Source of the DNA: a virus
IMG/VR virus record: IMGVR_UViG_3300039066_000010
Reading direction: 5' to 3' (one strand)
Length of the DNA stretch: 64,000 nucleotides
Shown: positions 46,931-57,174 of the stretch, piece by piece
How the letters are laid out: every line of letters starts with the position of its first letter
How positions within the stretch are numbered: position 1 is the stretch's first letter
Notes under the pieces: generated by a model
What the model saw: only the letters and a program-made list of their open reading frames with translations
The model's database searches: none
What the model was told of the DNA's origin: nothing
Made by a program: the position numbers and the translations under genes

Positions 46931-49900
46931 AAGGATTAAGTAGCGATATAGAATCAGCGATTGAAACAATTTTAGAAGGACTTAATTACGAGTTTGACAT
47001 AAATATTTTAGATGATTCTAAAATGAAGGCAACAATGGATTCAAAAGTTGCTTCCTTCAACACAGCAAAAAAACTATTAGATAGATGGGGTAATTCGATG
47101 AATAGTCCCGCACAAGAAAAATTAGAAACATATGTCGAAAGATTGATTATAGCTGGTGAGTCAGCTATTGTCAATTTAAGGACAGCTCTAGGTAAGACCA
47201 TCAACTATGATGGTATGAAAGAGGAAAAGTTCACAGCTGCTGTAAAAGCTAAACCATTAATCTTAGATGCTATCCTAGATTTGGACGTAGGGGTTAATGA
47301 GTTAAGATTACAATTAGATGCTGGGAATGTAAACCTAGGGGAAAAAGAATTTAAAACAGGGTATCCAGAAAAGTTTGCCAACGGTGAATTTTACCCATTG
47401 AAAAAATATCATAAGAATTGGTTAGACAAAGAGAACGATGCTATAATAATCGACCCTCATTGCACACTGGGTGAAATCATAGAGATATCTGGATTAAGAA
47501 TACGCCTACCTAAAGTACCGGAAGACCAAACTAAAATATTATTTTCAGAGTTCCCTAAAGAAGAACAATACTGGAGAAGACAAGAACAACCGAAGGGAAT
47601 CACGCCAGATTCTGTAGAAGCTTTTGACGCATATATCGTTGAAGAATACAGAAGAATTAGAGAAGGTATATGGTTCATGAATAATGGAGTTCCTGTTTAT
47701 TTGACTGGAAATATGTACTTCGCCTTACAATATTGTGAAATGATTGACAACGGTGATTTCATGAATTTCCGTATCGCTCAGTTAGAGATGTTCTATCATT
47801 TAGAAGCTTGTATAGTAGATAAAAGATGTTTAGGTCAAATATTCTTGAAATCTCGTCGTACAGGATTTACATACATCATCTTAGCTATTTTATTAAAATT
47901 AGCAATCACCACTAAAAATGGTAAATTCGGGATGACATCTAAATCTGGGGATGACGTTGTGGAAGCATTTAGTAAATTCTCGTACATGTTCTTAAATTTA
48001 CCATTCTGGTTAAGACCGGTTGTAAAAGGTAAAGAGGATTCTTTAACGTCTTTAGAATTTGGTAAACCATCAAACTTATCTAAAGAGGCTAAAAAGAAAA
48101 GAGATAGTAACACCGGTGATTATTTGAATACAATCATTGACTGGAGACCTACTAAAAATGGTTCTTATGACTCAGTAAAACTTAATGGTTATTTAGGGGA
48201 TGAGTGTTTTGAATTTGGTACTAAAATACGAATGAGTAACACATCTCTTAGAAACATAGAGGATATACAAATAGGAGAATCTGTTTTAACAGGTTCTGGG
48301 AAGTCAGCGATAGTTGTAGATAAAGTAGAAGGTGTAGATGAAATGTATAAAGTCACATCTAAATACGGGGTAGATTTTGTAATAAACTCCGCACATAGAT
48401 TACTAATTGAATTTAAAAACCAAAAGAAAAAAGAACATAACGGAGTTAGAGAATTAACTCCTGAAGAATATTTACAGCTTACAGATTATCAAAAAAGAAC
48501 CACACATTTAATAAAATGTTCAGTTATAAAAAACCCAGAACAAAATCTAGAGATAGACCCATATATCTTTGGATGCTGGTTGGGAGACGGGTACTCTAAA
48601 GATAGTCAATTCATAATTAACCATAAAAAAGACCCTGAAATTTTAGAAGAGGTTTTGAAATATGCAGTAATTAATGATTTTGACACATCAGAAGTAGAAA
48701 GAACAGAGACATATGTAAAAATCAGATTGCTAGATAAATTATCCACAGGTGCTAATCAAAGTACAGGTAGTAAACATAAGTTTATCAAGAGTTTGAAACA
48801 ATTAAACGTATACGGAGATAAAAGAATACCTGAGAAATATTTAAACTCTTCAGAGGAGCAACGTTTAGAGATACTTTCCGGAATAATCGATACAGATGGA
48901 TATGTTAAAAGAGGAACAGCTTATATATCGATGAGTAGATTAGAACTAATGGAGGATATCTATAATTTAGTGAAATCATTGTCTATACCATGTTCTGAAA
49001 TAAAACATAGAATATCTAATTTTGAAACCGATGTTTATTCACTTTCTTTAAATATGAACTCTGATATTAAATGTAGAGTTAGTAGAAAAATACATAAAGA
49101 AAGTAGAAAAAACAGCAGAAGAGAGTCCTTTAATGTTGAATACATAGGGGTTGGTAGTTATTGTGGTATAACATTAGACTCTGAAAACACGGTAGTTCTT
49201 CAAGATTACACAGTGCAGAAAAACTGCGGGAAATGGGAGCGTCCAATGGATTACATTACCCACTTAGGTCAGATTAGACCAACAATGATGCCGTCTGGTA
49301 AAGTTGTAGGTAAAGCCTTTATCGGTTCTACCATGGGGTCAATGGTTAAAGGGGGTCAACAATTCAAAGAATTGATAAATGGTTCTTACGTTCACCTTAG
49401 AAATGAAATCACAGGTAAAACACCTACAGGTCTTTATTTCCACTTCTTACCGGCTCAAAATAACATGGAGCAGTTTACAGATAAATATGGGACATGTTGG
49501 ACAACAGCTCCTCCAAAAGGAACTTTAAATGTAGAGGGTGATGAAATAAAAATAGGGTCTTTAGATTATTTAATAGCTACAGAAGAGCAATTAAAAACAA
49601 TGGATGATAAAGCTTTGAATGAGCAATATCGTACATACCCTAGAACTGTAGAACATGCAATGCGTGATGAAGCAACAGAAACTGTTTTCAACATCACTAA
49701 GATATACCAACAGTTAGAGAACAATGAGAAATTAGGTGAGAACACTTTATTCTCTCAAGGTAATTTTGATTGGGAGAATGGTATAAAAGACGGGAAGGTT
49801 GAATGGAATCCTAACCCTAAAGGTAGGTTCAAATTATCTTGGATTCCTAGTGAAGCAGATAATACATTATCTTTGCGTAATAATGTTAGAGATGTAAATG

Positions 49901-50622
49901 GTAAATTCTACCCTTTAAATGATAATGTTGGGGCTTTAGGTTGTGACCCGTTCACATTAAAATCTACACATGGTAAAGGTTCTAAAGGAGCAATACATGG
50001 TAAAACATTACATTTCCCAGAAGGAAACGCACCATCAAATACATTCTTTTTAGAATATGTTGCTCGTCCATCAGATGAGACAATTTTCTTTGAAGACGTT
50101 ATCATGGCTTGTCGTTTTTACGGGATGCCGGTTTTAGTAGAGTCAAACAGAATTGACTTACTTAGACACATGAGGAATAGAGGTTATAGAGGTTTCTCTA
50201 TAAACCGTTTAGATAGACCTTTCAAATCATTAAATGAGAATGAAAGAGAATACGGTGGACAAGTGATGTCTGGTAAAGATATTATCGATTCACATATGAA
50301 CGCTATCGGGTCATGGATTACAGATTACGTTGGGGAAAGTACAAAAGAACAAATCAGACCTGTTGGTGAGATTGGGAACTTCGCTTTCCAAGAAACATTA
50401 AAAGACTGGTTAGGATTTAACCCAGATAACAGAACAGACTATGATGCAACCATTTCAAGTGGTTTAGCGATTATGGCTTGTCAAAAAGACAAATATAGAG
50501 GTAAAAAAGTTAAACGAGTTGAAAACAAAGCGGTTAACTTCTTCCCTAAGTACAGCAATAACGGAGACTTCGGCTCTAGAATCATAACACAAAAAACAGA
50601 TAAATCAGATGAATTGGAATAA
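46927..50622 (+). CDS. Terminase large subunit containing an intein
   Basis: Deviant P-loop KSRRTGFT, Walker B LNGYLGDE; long C-terminal nuclease-type region; order terminase-portal-scaffold-capsid. Confidence 0.6.
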   Translation: MKGLSSDIESAIETILEGLNYEFDINILDDSKMKATMDSKVASFNTAKKLLDRWGNSMNSPAQEKLETYVERLIIAGESAIVNLRTALGKTINYDGMKEEKFTAAVKAKPLILDAILDLDVGVNELRLQLDAGNVNLGEKEFKTGYPEKFANGEFYPLKKYHKNWLDKENDAIIIDPHCTLGEIIEISGLRIRLPKVPEDQTKILFSEFPKEEQYWRRQEQPKGITPDSVEAFDAYIVEEYRRIREGIWFMNNGVPVYLTGNMYFALQYCEMIDNGDFMNFRIAQLEMFYHLEACIVDKRCLGQIFLKSRRTGFTYIILAILLKLAITTKNGKFGMTSKSGDDVVEAFSKFSYMFLNLPFWLRPVVKGKEDSLTSLEFGKPSNLSKEAKKKRDSNTGDYLNTIIDWRPTKNGSYDSVKLNGYLGDECFEFGTKIRMSNTSLRNIEDIQIGESVLTGSGKSAIVVDKVEGVDEMYKVTSKYGVDFVINSAHRLLIEFKNQKKKEHNGVRELTPEEYLQLTDYQKRTTHLIKCSVIKNPEQNLEIDPYIFGCWLGDGYSKDSQFIINHKKDPEILEEVLKYAVINDFDTSEVERTETYVKIRLLDKLSTGANQSTGSKHKFIKSLKQLNVYGDKRIPEKYLNSSEEQRLEILSGIIDTDGYVKRGTAYISMSRLELMEDIYNLVKSLSIPCSEIKHRISNFETDVYSLSLNMNSDIKCRVSRKIHKESRKNSRRESFNVEYIGVGSYCGITLDSENTVVLQDYTVQKNCGKWERPMDYITHLGQIRPTMMPSGKVVGKAFIGSTMGSMVKGGQQFKELINGSYVHLRNEITGKTPTGLYFHFLPAQNNMEQFTDKYGTCWTTAPPKGTLNVEGDEIKIGSLDYLIATEEQLKTMDDKALNEQYRTYPRTVEHAMRDEATETVFNITKIYQQLENNEKLGENTLFSQGNFDWENGIKDGKVEWNPNPKGRFKLSWIPSEADNTLSLRNNVRDVNGKFYPLNDNVGALGCDPFTLKSTHGKGSKGAIHGKTLHFPEGNAPSNTFFLEYVARPSDETIFFEDVIMACRFYGMPVLVESNRIDLLRHMRNRGYRGFSINRLDRPFKSLNENEREYGGQVMSGKDIIDSHMNAIGSWITDYVGESTKEQIRPVGEIGNFAFQETLKDWLGFNPDNRTDYDATISSGLAIMACQKDKYRGKKVKRVENKAVNFFPKYSNNGDFGSRIITQKTDKSDELE
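48205..49224 (+). mobile_element. Intein (340 aa) with LAGLIDADG homing endonuclease domain, inserted after Walker B glutamate of terminase
   Basis: Starts C(FEFGTKIRM) after LGDE, contains GCWLGDGYS and GIIDTDGYV, ends ...VVLQDYTVQKN followed by C+1. Confidence 0.55.
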
Positions 50623-53041
50623 AAATTTTCCGGATTACTTAGCATCAGATGAAGAAAAAGCTACCAAGGAGTACGGACTTAAAATGGGGAGAGCGATTCA
50701 GTATCAATGGTTTCATAGACCAGAGAACGGAGGGAGCACTTACTACTCTAAAAGAGAAGACTACCATAAATTAAGACTGTACGCCAGAGGTGAGCAATCA
50801 GCCGACATCTATAAAAAGTTATTAGCTGGAGGTAATGATGCGACATATACAAATTACGACTGGAGACCTTTACAAATCATCCCTAAATTCGTTAAGCTTA
50901 TCACCAATCAAATGTCAGAGAGACTTTACGAAGTTAGAGCTGAAGCGGTTGATAAATACTCTACGGATTTAAAAGAGAAGTATAAAGATTATTTACAGTC
51001 TGTTGTAGCATCTAAACCTATTTATGATTTAGCTCAAGAAACGTTTAATGTAAATATCGCTCCTCCAAATATTCAGGAATTACCTGAAACAAACGAGGAA
51101 GTTGAATTACATATGGCTCTTAAATACAAACCTGCTATTGAGATTGCTGCAGAGACAGCTTTGAAATTCACGTTTGATTTGAATGATTACAACGAAACTC
51201 AAAGTAGAGTGATTGAAGACATCACCACTATTGGATTAGGATGTGTAAAACATACAACAGACCCAGTTAAAGGGATACTGATTGACTATGTTGACCCAGC
51301 TAATATGGTGTATTCATTCCCAGATTCTAGAGATTTTAAAAACGTACATTATTTCGGAGAGGTTAAAAGAATCACGATACATGATTTAAAAAGAATATCA
51401 GGGGAAACATTCACTGATGAGCAAATTAGAAAGTTCGGGGTTGCAACAAGAGATTGGACATCTTATCATGGTATAGCTAGTAACCAAAACTCAAATAGAG
51501 ATGAGGATTTGGATAATATCATGGTTGACGTTTTATTCTTCACGTACAAAACGATAAACACCATTACTTATAAGAAAAAGTTAAAAAACAATGGTGGGTA
51601 CAATATGATTAAAAAAGAATCTACTTTCAAACTTAAAAAAGGTAAGGAAGCAGAGGATGGATACGAAGTCGTTAAAAAGAATATCGACGTATGGTATGAA
51701 GGAGCTTTAGTATTGGGTACTGATGAGATATTCAACTATAAACTTTGTGAAAACATGATTAGAAGCAATGGTCATCTTAACATCACAATGCCTAACTACG
51801 TAATGTATGCACCAGAGATATATCAAAACAGAACTACTAGTTTAGTTAGTAGAATCATAGGGTATGTCGACCAGATGCAGCAAATACACATCAAGTTACA
51901 ACAATTAATTGCTAAGGCTAGACCTAATGGTATCTACATTGATGTTGACGGTATAAATGAAATCAACATGGGGGACGGTAATTTCCTTACACCATTAGAG
52001 TTGATTAAAATTTATGATGAAACCGGTAACGTTTTAGGGTCATCTCTAACAACAGAAGGGGATTACAATTATGGTAAAGAACCTATTAGAGAACTTAAAA
52101 ACGGTGTTGTTGACGGATTAGACAGAATGATTAATGCTTATAACCATTACTTAAATTTATTAAGAGATGCTATAGGTATTCCTCAAGGAGCAGATGCAAG
52201 TATGCCTCACCCTGATACATTAGTTGGGGTTCAGCAACAAGTGGCTTTAAATTCAAATACAGCAACTAGACATATTTTAGAAGGTTCTTTGAATATTACT
52301 AAAAATGTAGCTAAAGGTTTATCGTTAAGACTTAAGGATGTTTTCAAATATAGCAACCTTAGAGAAGTTTATACAAACGCTGTTGGTAAATTAGGGATGA
52401 AAGCTTTAGAAGCTATTGAGTATTATGCGTTACATGATTTCGGTATCAATATTGAATTGAAACCAGACGCTGAAGAAAAACAATATCTAGAGCAAAATAT
52501 CCAAACAGCTTTAGGTAAAGATTTAATTACTCTTCCGGATGCTATCGATATTCGTTCTATTAATAACATCAAGTTAGCAAATAGAGTTATTGAGATTAGA
52601 ATCAAGAAAAGACAGAAAGAGAAATCGGAAGAAGCTAAAGCAATGGTTCAAGCTAACGCTGAAGCTCAAATACAATCATCTCAAGCAGCTGCTCAATCTA
52701 AAATGCAACAAATTCAAGCTGAGTCTCAAGCTAAATTAATGATTAAAGAAGCCGAAACAGAAGGTTCTATAAAAGTACTTCAAACTGAAGCGGGTCTTAA
52801 GAAAGAGTTAATGGAACTTGAATTCAATTATAACATGCAGTTAAGAGGAATTGAAGTAGAGGCTAAACATTCTATCGAATCTTATAAAGAAGATAGAAAA
52901 GATAACAGAACTAAAATCTCAGCTACACAACAATCTAAGATTGATGAAAGCAAAAGATTTAACAAACCAGCTATAAACTTCGAAAGTAGCGAAGACAATT
53001 TAGCAGGTAGTATGAACTTAGAAGAAATGAACCCCTCTTAA
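50609..53041 (+). CDS. Putative portal protein
   Basis: 810 aa directly after terminase; Q/A-rich coiled-coil C-terminus. Confidence 0.5.
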   Translation: MNWNKNFPDYLASDEEKATKEYGLKMGRAIQYQWFHRPENGGSTYYSKREDYHKLRLYARGEQSADIYKKLLAGGNDATYTNYDWRPLQIIPKFVKLITNQMSERLYEVRAEAVDKYSTDLKEKYKDYLQSVVASKPIYDLAQETFNVNIAPPNIQELPETNEEVELHMALKYKPAIEIAAETALKFTFDLNDYNETQSRVIEDITTIGLGCVKHTTDPVKGILIDYVDPANMVYSFPDSRDFKNVHYFGEVKRITIHDLKRISGETFTDEQIRKFGVATRDWTSYHGIASNQNSNRDEDLDNIMVDVLFFTYKTINTITYKKKLKNNGGYNMIKKESTFKLKKGKEAEDGYEVVKKNIDVWYEGALVLGTDEIFNYKLCENMIRSNGHLNITMPNYVMYAPEIYQNRTTSLVSRIIGYVDQMQQIHIKLQQLIAKARPNGIYIDVDGINEINMGDGNFLTPLELIKIYDETGNVLGSSLTTEGDYNYGKEPIRELKNGVVDGLDRMINAYNHYLNLLRDAIGIPQGADASMPHPDTLVGVQQQVALNSNTATRHILEGSLNITKNVAKGLSLRLKDVFKYSNLREVYTNAVGKLGMKALEAIEYYALHDFGINIELKPDAEEKQYLEQNIQTALGKDLITLPDAIDIRSINNIKLANRVIEIRIKKRQKEKSEEAKAMVQANAEAQIQSSQAAAQSKMQQIQAESQAKLMIKEAETEGSIKVLQTEAGLKKELMELEFNYNMQLRGIEVEAKHSIESYKEDRKDNRTKISATQQSKIDESKRFNKPAINFESSEDNLAGSMNLEEMNPS

Positions 53042-53068
53042 AAAAAGAGGGTGTTCATATTTTTATTA
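53032..53068 (+). terminator. Intrinsic terminator (CCCTCTT...AAGAGGG + T-rich)
   Basis: Seen directly. Confidence 0.5.
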
Positions 53069-53085
53069 AATTTGCACTAAATAAA
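53057..53085 (+). promoter_or_regulatory. Second copy of late-promoter-like box (TAAATTTG at 53067-53074, 22 nt before start)
   Basis: Matches 46083-46110 copy. Confidence 0.5.
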
Positions 53086-53095
53086 ATAAAACACA

Positions 53096-54184
53096 ATGTT
53101 AATAGAAGATAATTTAAATATTCCAGAAGAAGGAATAACACACGATTTTAGTATTAACCAACCAGTTGATACTCCAGCCGATGTAATAATCGATACCCCA
53201 GTTGATACTCCAGCCGATGTAATAATCGATACCCCAGTTGATACTTCAGCCGATGTAATAATCGATACCCCAGCTGATATCGTGACACCAGAAGAATTAA
53301 GCGATGAAAAATTATTTAACGTTCTTAGCGAGAAGCTAGGAAGAGAAGTTAAAAGTTTCGACGATATAAAACAAAAAGAAGTGGAGTTAAATCCACAAAT
53401 CAAAGCCATTGCCGAGTGGGCTGAAAAAACAGGTAGACCAGTAGAAGATTGGGTTAAGTTCAACAAGGACTATGATTCAATGTCTAATCTTGAAAAAGCA
53501 GAGGAAATTTTAAAGTTAAAATACCCAACGCTTACTGATAAAGAGATAGGTTTAGAGTTAAGTAGGTACACAGAGTACGAAGATGATTTAGAAGAAGAAA
53601 AAGCAGCGAAGTCTTTAGAGTTAAAGAAATTAGTGGCTGAAGGTTCTAATACATTGGAGAGCAACAGATTGAAATTCGGAGAACCTGTAGAAGGTTATAA
53701 AACATTAACTCCGGAGATTCAAGAGCAATTGGAATTTGCTAATCAAGCTAAAACAGAATACGAAAAAGCAATCAACAACCAGAAACTTTATGATGAAGCC
53801 ATCGTAAGTTCAGTTTCTAAATTAGATTCTTACGAAATTCCATTAACCGAAGGATTAAGCATCCGTTACAACTTGACACCAGAAGACAAAAAAGAATTAC
53901 CAAAGTTCTTATCATCTATGCCTCACTGGTATAATGAAGACGGAACACATAATCACAGTAAAATTACTGAAGATGCTTTGAAAATTAGAAATTTTGATAA
54001 CCTTATTAAAATGGCTTACGAACAAGGTATTGCAGCAGGAACAGAAGAAAGTATTAAAGTTCAAAACAATATTACTTTAGATAGACCAGCTGTAGGTTCT
54101 GAACAAGATAACAACAACCAAGGTATTGTTATTGAAGGTAATTTCAAAAGAAGCGGTACAAAAGTTATTTTCGGTAAAAAATAA
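53096..54184 (+). CDS. Putative scaffolding protein (acidic, coiled-coil, tandem PVDTPADVIIDT repeats)
   Basis: Position between portal and capsid genes; composition. Confidence 0.45.
   Translation: MLIEDNLNIPEEGITHDFSINQPVDTPADVIIDTPVDTPADVIIDTPVDTSADVIIDTPADIVTPEELSDEKLFNVLSEKLGREVKSFDDIKQKEVELNPQIKAIAEWAEKTGRPVEDWVKFNKDYDSMSNLEKAEEILKLKYPTLTDKEIGLELSRYTEYEDDLEEEKAAKSLELKKLVAEGSNTLESNRLKFGEPVEGYKTLTPEIQEQLEFANQAKTEYEKAINNQKLYDEAIVSSVSKLDSYEIPLTEGLSIRYNLTPEDKKELPKFLSSMPHWYNEDGTHNHSKITEDALKIRNFDNLIKMAYEQGIAAGTEESIKVQNNITLDRPAVGSEQDNNNQGIVIEGNFKRSGTKVIFGKK
53162..53285 (+). repeat. 36-bp tandem repeat x3.4 within scaffold gene
   Basis: ccagttgatactccagccgatgtaataatcgatacc repeated head-to-tail. 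Confidence 0.7.
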
Positions 54185-54209
54185 CATTAATTATTAAACA
54201 CAAACAAAT

Positions 54210-55553
54210 ATGGCATTAAATGCAAACCCAGCACCTGCACTACAACCTTCAGCGGTAAAAGTACAGTTGCCTACCAATTACATCTCTTTATTTGACTATA
54301 CAAGTCAATACGCTCCAGAGACACACGACGAAATGGTTGACATCTACGGTTCTCAATCTGTTAACGGTATGTTACACATTTTAGGGGCTGAAGCAGCAAT
54401 CGCTTCTGACCAGTACATTTGGACAGAGAAAGGTAGATTACACACAGTATACAAAGACGTTGCGAGAGCAGGTAATGTATTCACAAAAGCAGGTCACAAC
54501 TTCCGTAAGAACGAAATGGTTCACATCTCTGATGGTTCTGTTAAACGTATCGGGGTTATTACAGCTGTACCAGACGCCAGCACATTTACTGTAGCGGCTT
54601 ATAAAGCAGCAGGTTTCACAGCATTAGGAACAACAAACTTAACAGTTTTTGCTTTTGGTTCTGAATTCCGTAAAGGTACTAACGGTATGGAAGGTTCTTT
54701 AGAAACAGATTTCACAATCTTAAAGAACAAACCAATCATCATGAAAGACATGTATGAAGTGTCTGGTTCTGACGCTACTCAAATTGGGTGGGTTAAAACT
54801 TCAAATGGTGGGTACTTATGGTACATGGAATCTGAAGCAGACATGAGACGTAGATGGGAAGACCGTTTAGAGTTAGCCTTAATATTAGGGGAAATGGCTG
54901 AAGATGGTTCTGATGCTGCAGTAGCAGGATTAAAAGGTACTGAAGGTGCTTTCGACTCAGTTAAAAGAAGAGGTAACTCTTTCCAAGGTGTTGCTGATAC
55001 TTTAGCTGAATGGGATACAATCTTAAAAAGATTCGATGCTCAAGGTAAAATTGATGGTTACATGTACTACTGTGACCGTGATTCATCTTTAGGTATTGAT
55101 AACTTATTAGGTGAACTTAACGCTGGTTACTCAGGTGGTGTATCTTACGGGGTATTCGACAACAGTGAAAGCATGGCGGTTAACTTAGGATTCAGAGGAT
55201 TCCGTAGAGGTTCTTACGATTTCTACAAAACTGACTGGAAATTGTTAAACGACCCAACATTGTTAGGTGCAGTTGATGCAGCAGCAGGTAAAGTTAGAGG
55301 TCTATTAGTTCCAGTAGGTACTAAAGAAGTTTACGAAGGTGCAGGTACAGATGGTGGTAAAAAAGCCAATCCATACTTACAAATCAAGTATAGAGCTTCA
55401 GGTGCTGAGAACAGAAAATACAAAACTTGGGTTACAGGTTCTGTAGGTGGAGTTCACACTAATGATAGTGATAAAATGCAAGTGCATGAATTATCAGAAA
55501 GAGGATTAATGCTTGCAGGAGCAAACAACTTCATGTTATTTGAAGGTAACTAA
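54210..55553 (+). CDS. Putative major capsid protein
   Basis: 447 aa after scaffold; strong terminator downstream; biased codon use. Confidence 0.5.
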   Translation: MALNANPAPALQPSAVKVQLPTNYISLFDYTSQYAPETHDEMVDIYGSQSVNGMLHILGAEAAIASDQYIWTEKGRLHTVYKDVARAGNVFTKAGHNFRKNEMVHISDGSVKRIGVITAVPDASTFTVAAYKAAGFTALGTTNLTVFAFGSEFRKGTNGMEGSLETDFTILKNKPIIMKDMYEVSGSDATQIGWVKTSNGGYLWYMESEADMRRRWEDRLELALILGEMAEDGSDAAVAGLKGTEGAFDSVKRRGNSFQGVADTLAEWDTILKRFDAQGKIDGYMYYCDRDSSLGIDNLLGELNAGYSGGVSYGVFDNSESMAVNLGFRGFRRGSYDFYKTDWKLLNDPTLLGAVDAAAGKVRGLLVPVGTKEVYEGAGTDGGKKANPYLQIKYRASGAENRKYKTWVTGSVGGVHTNDSDKMQVHELSERGLMLAGANNFMLFEGN

Positions 55554-55566
55554 TAACAAATAAATA

Positions 55567-55598
55567 AGAAGCGGGGATGAAAGTCCCCGTTTTTATTA
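55567..55598 (+). terminator. Intrinsic terminator (GCGGGGA...TCCCCGT + T5)
   Basis: Seen directly. Confidence 0.6.
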
Positions 55599-55621
55599 CA
55601 AAAATCAAATTTTAATATAAT

Positions 55622-56395
55622 ATGAGTCAATTAAAAGCAAAGACATATCGTCTATTAGAGGATAGGTCAGGTCAATCTTTCTTGTTAAAGGTTGGTAGAA
55701 AGGGAGATTTACTTACTTTCGATACAGAATTAAGTTACAATAGAGCAATTAGACATGCTCCCAATGAGAAGTCACCATTCATGGACGAACAAAGTGATTA
55801 CGCAGTAGTTACTCCAATTCTATTTGAAGGGGGATATTTGGAAACAACGGAAAGACAAGTTCACACACAACAATTCCTAGATTTACATCCTGACAATGCT
55901 GCAAACGGTGGAAGCTGGTTTGAGTTAGTTAATGATGAGAAAGAAGCTGTTGACGAAGTTAGAAAAGAAGATGCTGTTTTAGATGTAAAACAAGCCATTA
56001 GAGACAAAGAAAAAGAAGAGGATGGTATATTTGCATTAGAAGCACTTACCGCTGTTCTTAAAGGCTCTGTAGCAGGCGTTAAAGAAATGTCTAAATCAGA
56101 GATGAAACGTGAGATATACGCTGCTGTAGATGAGAATCCATTCAGATTTATCGACGCTAAAGGAAATGTAACTATCTTTGAAGACGAATCAGTATCTAGA
56201 AAATACATAGTACTTAGAGCAATCAGTGATGGTATTATTACAGTTTCTGCAAACAACAGAGGAGTTGAGTGGAGTAGAACAAAAGAAAATATAGTTAATG
56301 TGCCTATGGGAATGAAACCTGTAGACTTTTTAACAGACTTCTTAGCGACAAATGACGGGATGTTAGTCCTTGATGAAATCATGAGAAGAAGCTAA
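55622..56395 (+). CDS. Hypothetical virion-module protein
   Basis: ORF only. Confidence 0.4.
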   Translation: MSQLKAKTYRLLEDRSGQSFLLKVGRKGDLLTFDTELSYNRAIRHAPNEKSPFMDEQSDYAVVTPILFEGGYLETTERQVHTQQFLDLHPDNAANGGSWFELVNDEKEAVDEVRKEDAVLDVKQAIRDKEKEEDGIFALEALTAVLKGSVAGVKEMSKSEMKREIYAAVDENPFRFIDAKGNVTIFEDESVSRKYIVLRAISDGIITVSANNRGVEWSRTKENIVNVPMGMKPVDFLTDFLATNDGMLVLDEIMRRS

Positions 56396-56402
56396 ATTAA
56401 AA

Positions 56403-56434
56403 AAGAGACCGTCATAATTGGCGGTCTTTTTTAT
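56403..56434 (+). terminator. Intrinsic terminator (GAGACCG...CGGTCT + T6)
   Basis: Seen directly. Confidence 0.55.
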
Positions 56435-56437
56435 TTT

Positions 56438-56452
56438 TATTATCTTTGTGGA
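56438..56452 (+). promoter_or_regulatory. Promoter-like box TTTTTATTATCTTTG (TATCTTTG, 19 nt before ATG)
   Basis: Resembles boxes at 46083 and 53057. Confidence 0.4.
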
Positions 56453-56466
56453 AATAAAAACATAAA

Positions 56467-57174
56467 ATGATGATTGATACAGTATATCAAACTCTCTTAA
56501 CCATACTATCTAAAGATAACCAAGGGTATGTTACACCCACAGAATTTGACAGGATAGCACACTTGGTTCAAACTCAAATATTCAGAGAGTACTTCGAGGA
56601 TGAGAACAGAGACAAAATTAAACAGAATAGAGGTTTATCCAATAGGGGATATTCAAATCTTCCTTTCAACACAAGACAAAGGATAACACAATTTGCAGAG
56701 ACAGCGACAATAACTAAAACTTTCGGTGTATATAATCTACCAGCTGATTTATATTTCATAGAGGATAATGGTTTAAGTCTATCATCTAACGGGAATGTTG
56801 TCGACGAGGTAGAAAGAACAGCACTAAGTTTCATGATGAAATCTGAATTATCTAGACCTAGTTTGACTTATCCTGTTTACGAAGGGTTCTCAGACAATGT
56901 TAAGGTTTATCCGGATACAGTGACAGAAGGTATTATTTGTAGATATCTTAGAACACCTAAAGAACCAAAATGGACTTATTTCATTCTTCCTAACGGAGAG
57001 GTGAAATTCGACCCTACAAACGCTAGTTTCCAAGATTTCGAATTACATGAATCTGAATTCGTAAATATCGTGTTAAAGATGCTAACTCATTTTGGAGTAG
57101 CTATCAGAGAGACAGAAGTGGTACAAGTAGCTGAGACACTAAAGAACGAAGTTAAACAAAACGATAACACATAA
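56467..57174 (+). CDS. Hypothetical virion-module protein
   Basis: ORF only. Confidence 0.4.
   Translation: MMIDTVYQTLLTILSKDNQGYVTPTEFDRIAHLVQTQIFREYFEDENRDKIKQNRGLSNRGYSNLPFNTRQRITQFAETATITKTFGVYNLPADLYFIEDNGLSLSSNGNVVDEVERTALSFMMKSELSRPSLTYPVYEGFSDNVKVYPDTVTEGIICRYLRTPKEPKWTYFILPNGEVKFDPTNASFQDFELHESEFVNIVLKMLTHFGVAIRETEVVQVAETLKNEVKQNDNT

Noticed and set aside
55861-56382. 173-aa minus-strand ORF
   Set aside because: Antisense to a plus-strand structural-module gene within a long unidirectional plus-strand block; Ser-rich low-complexity translation.
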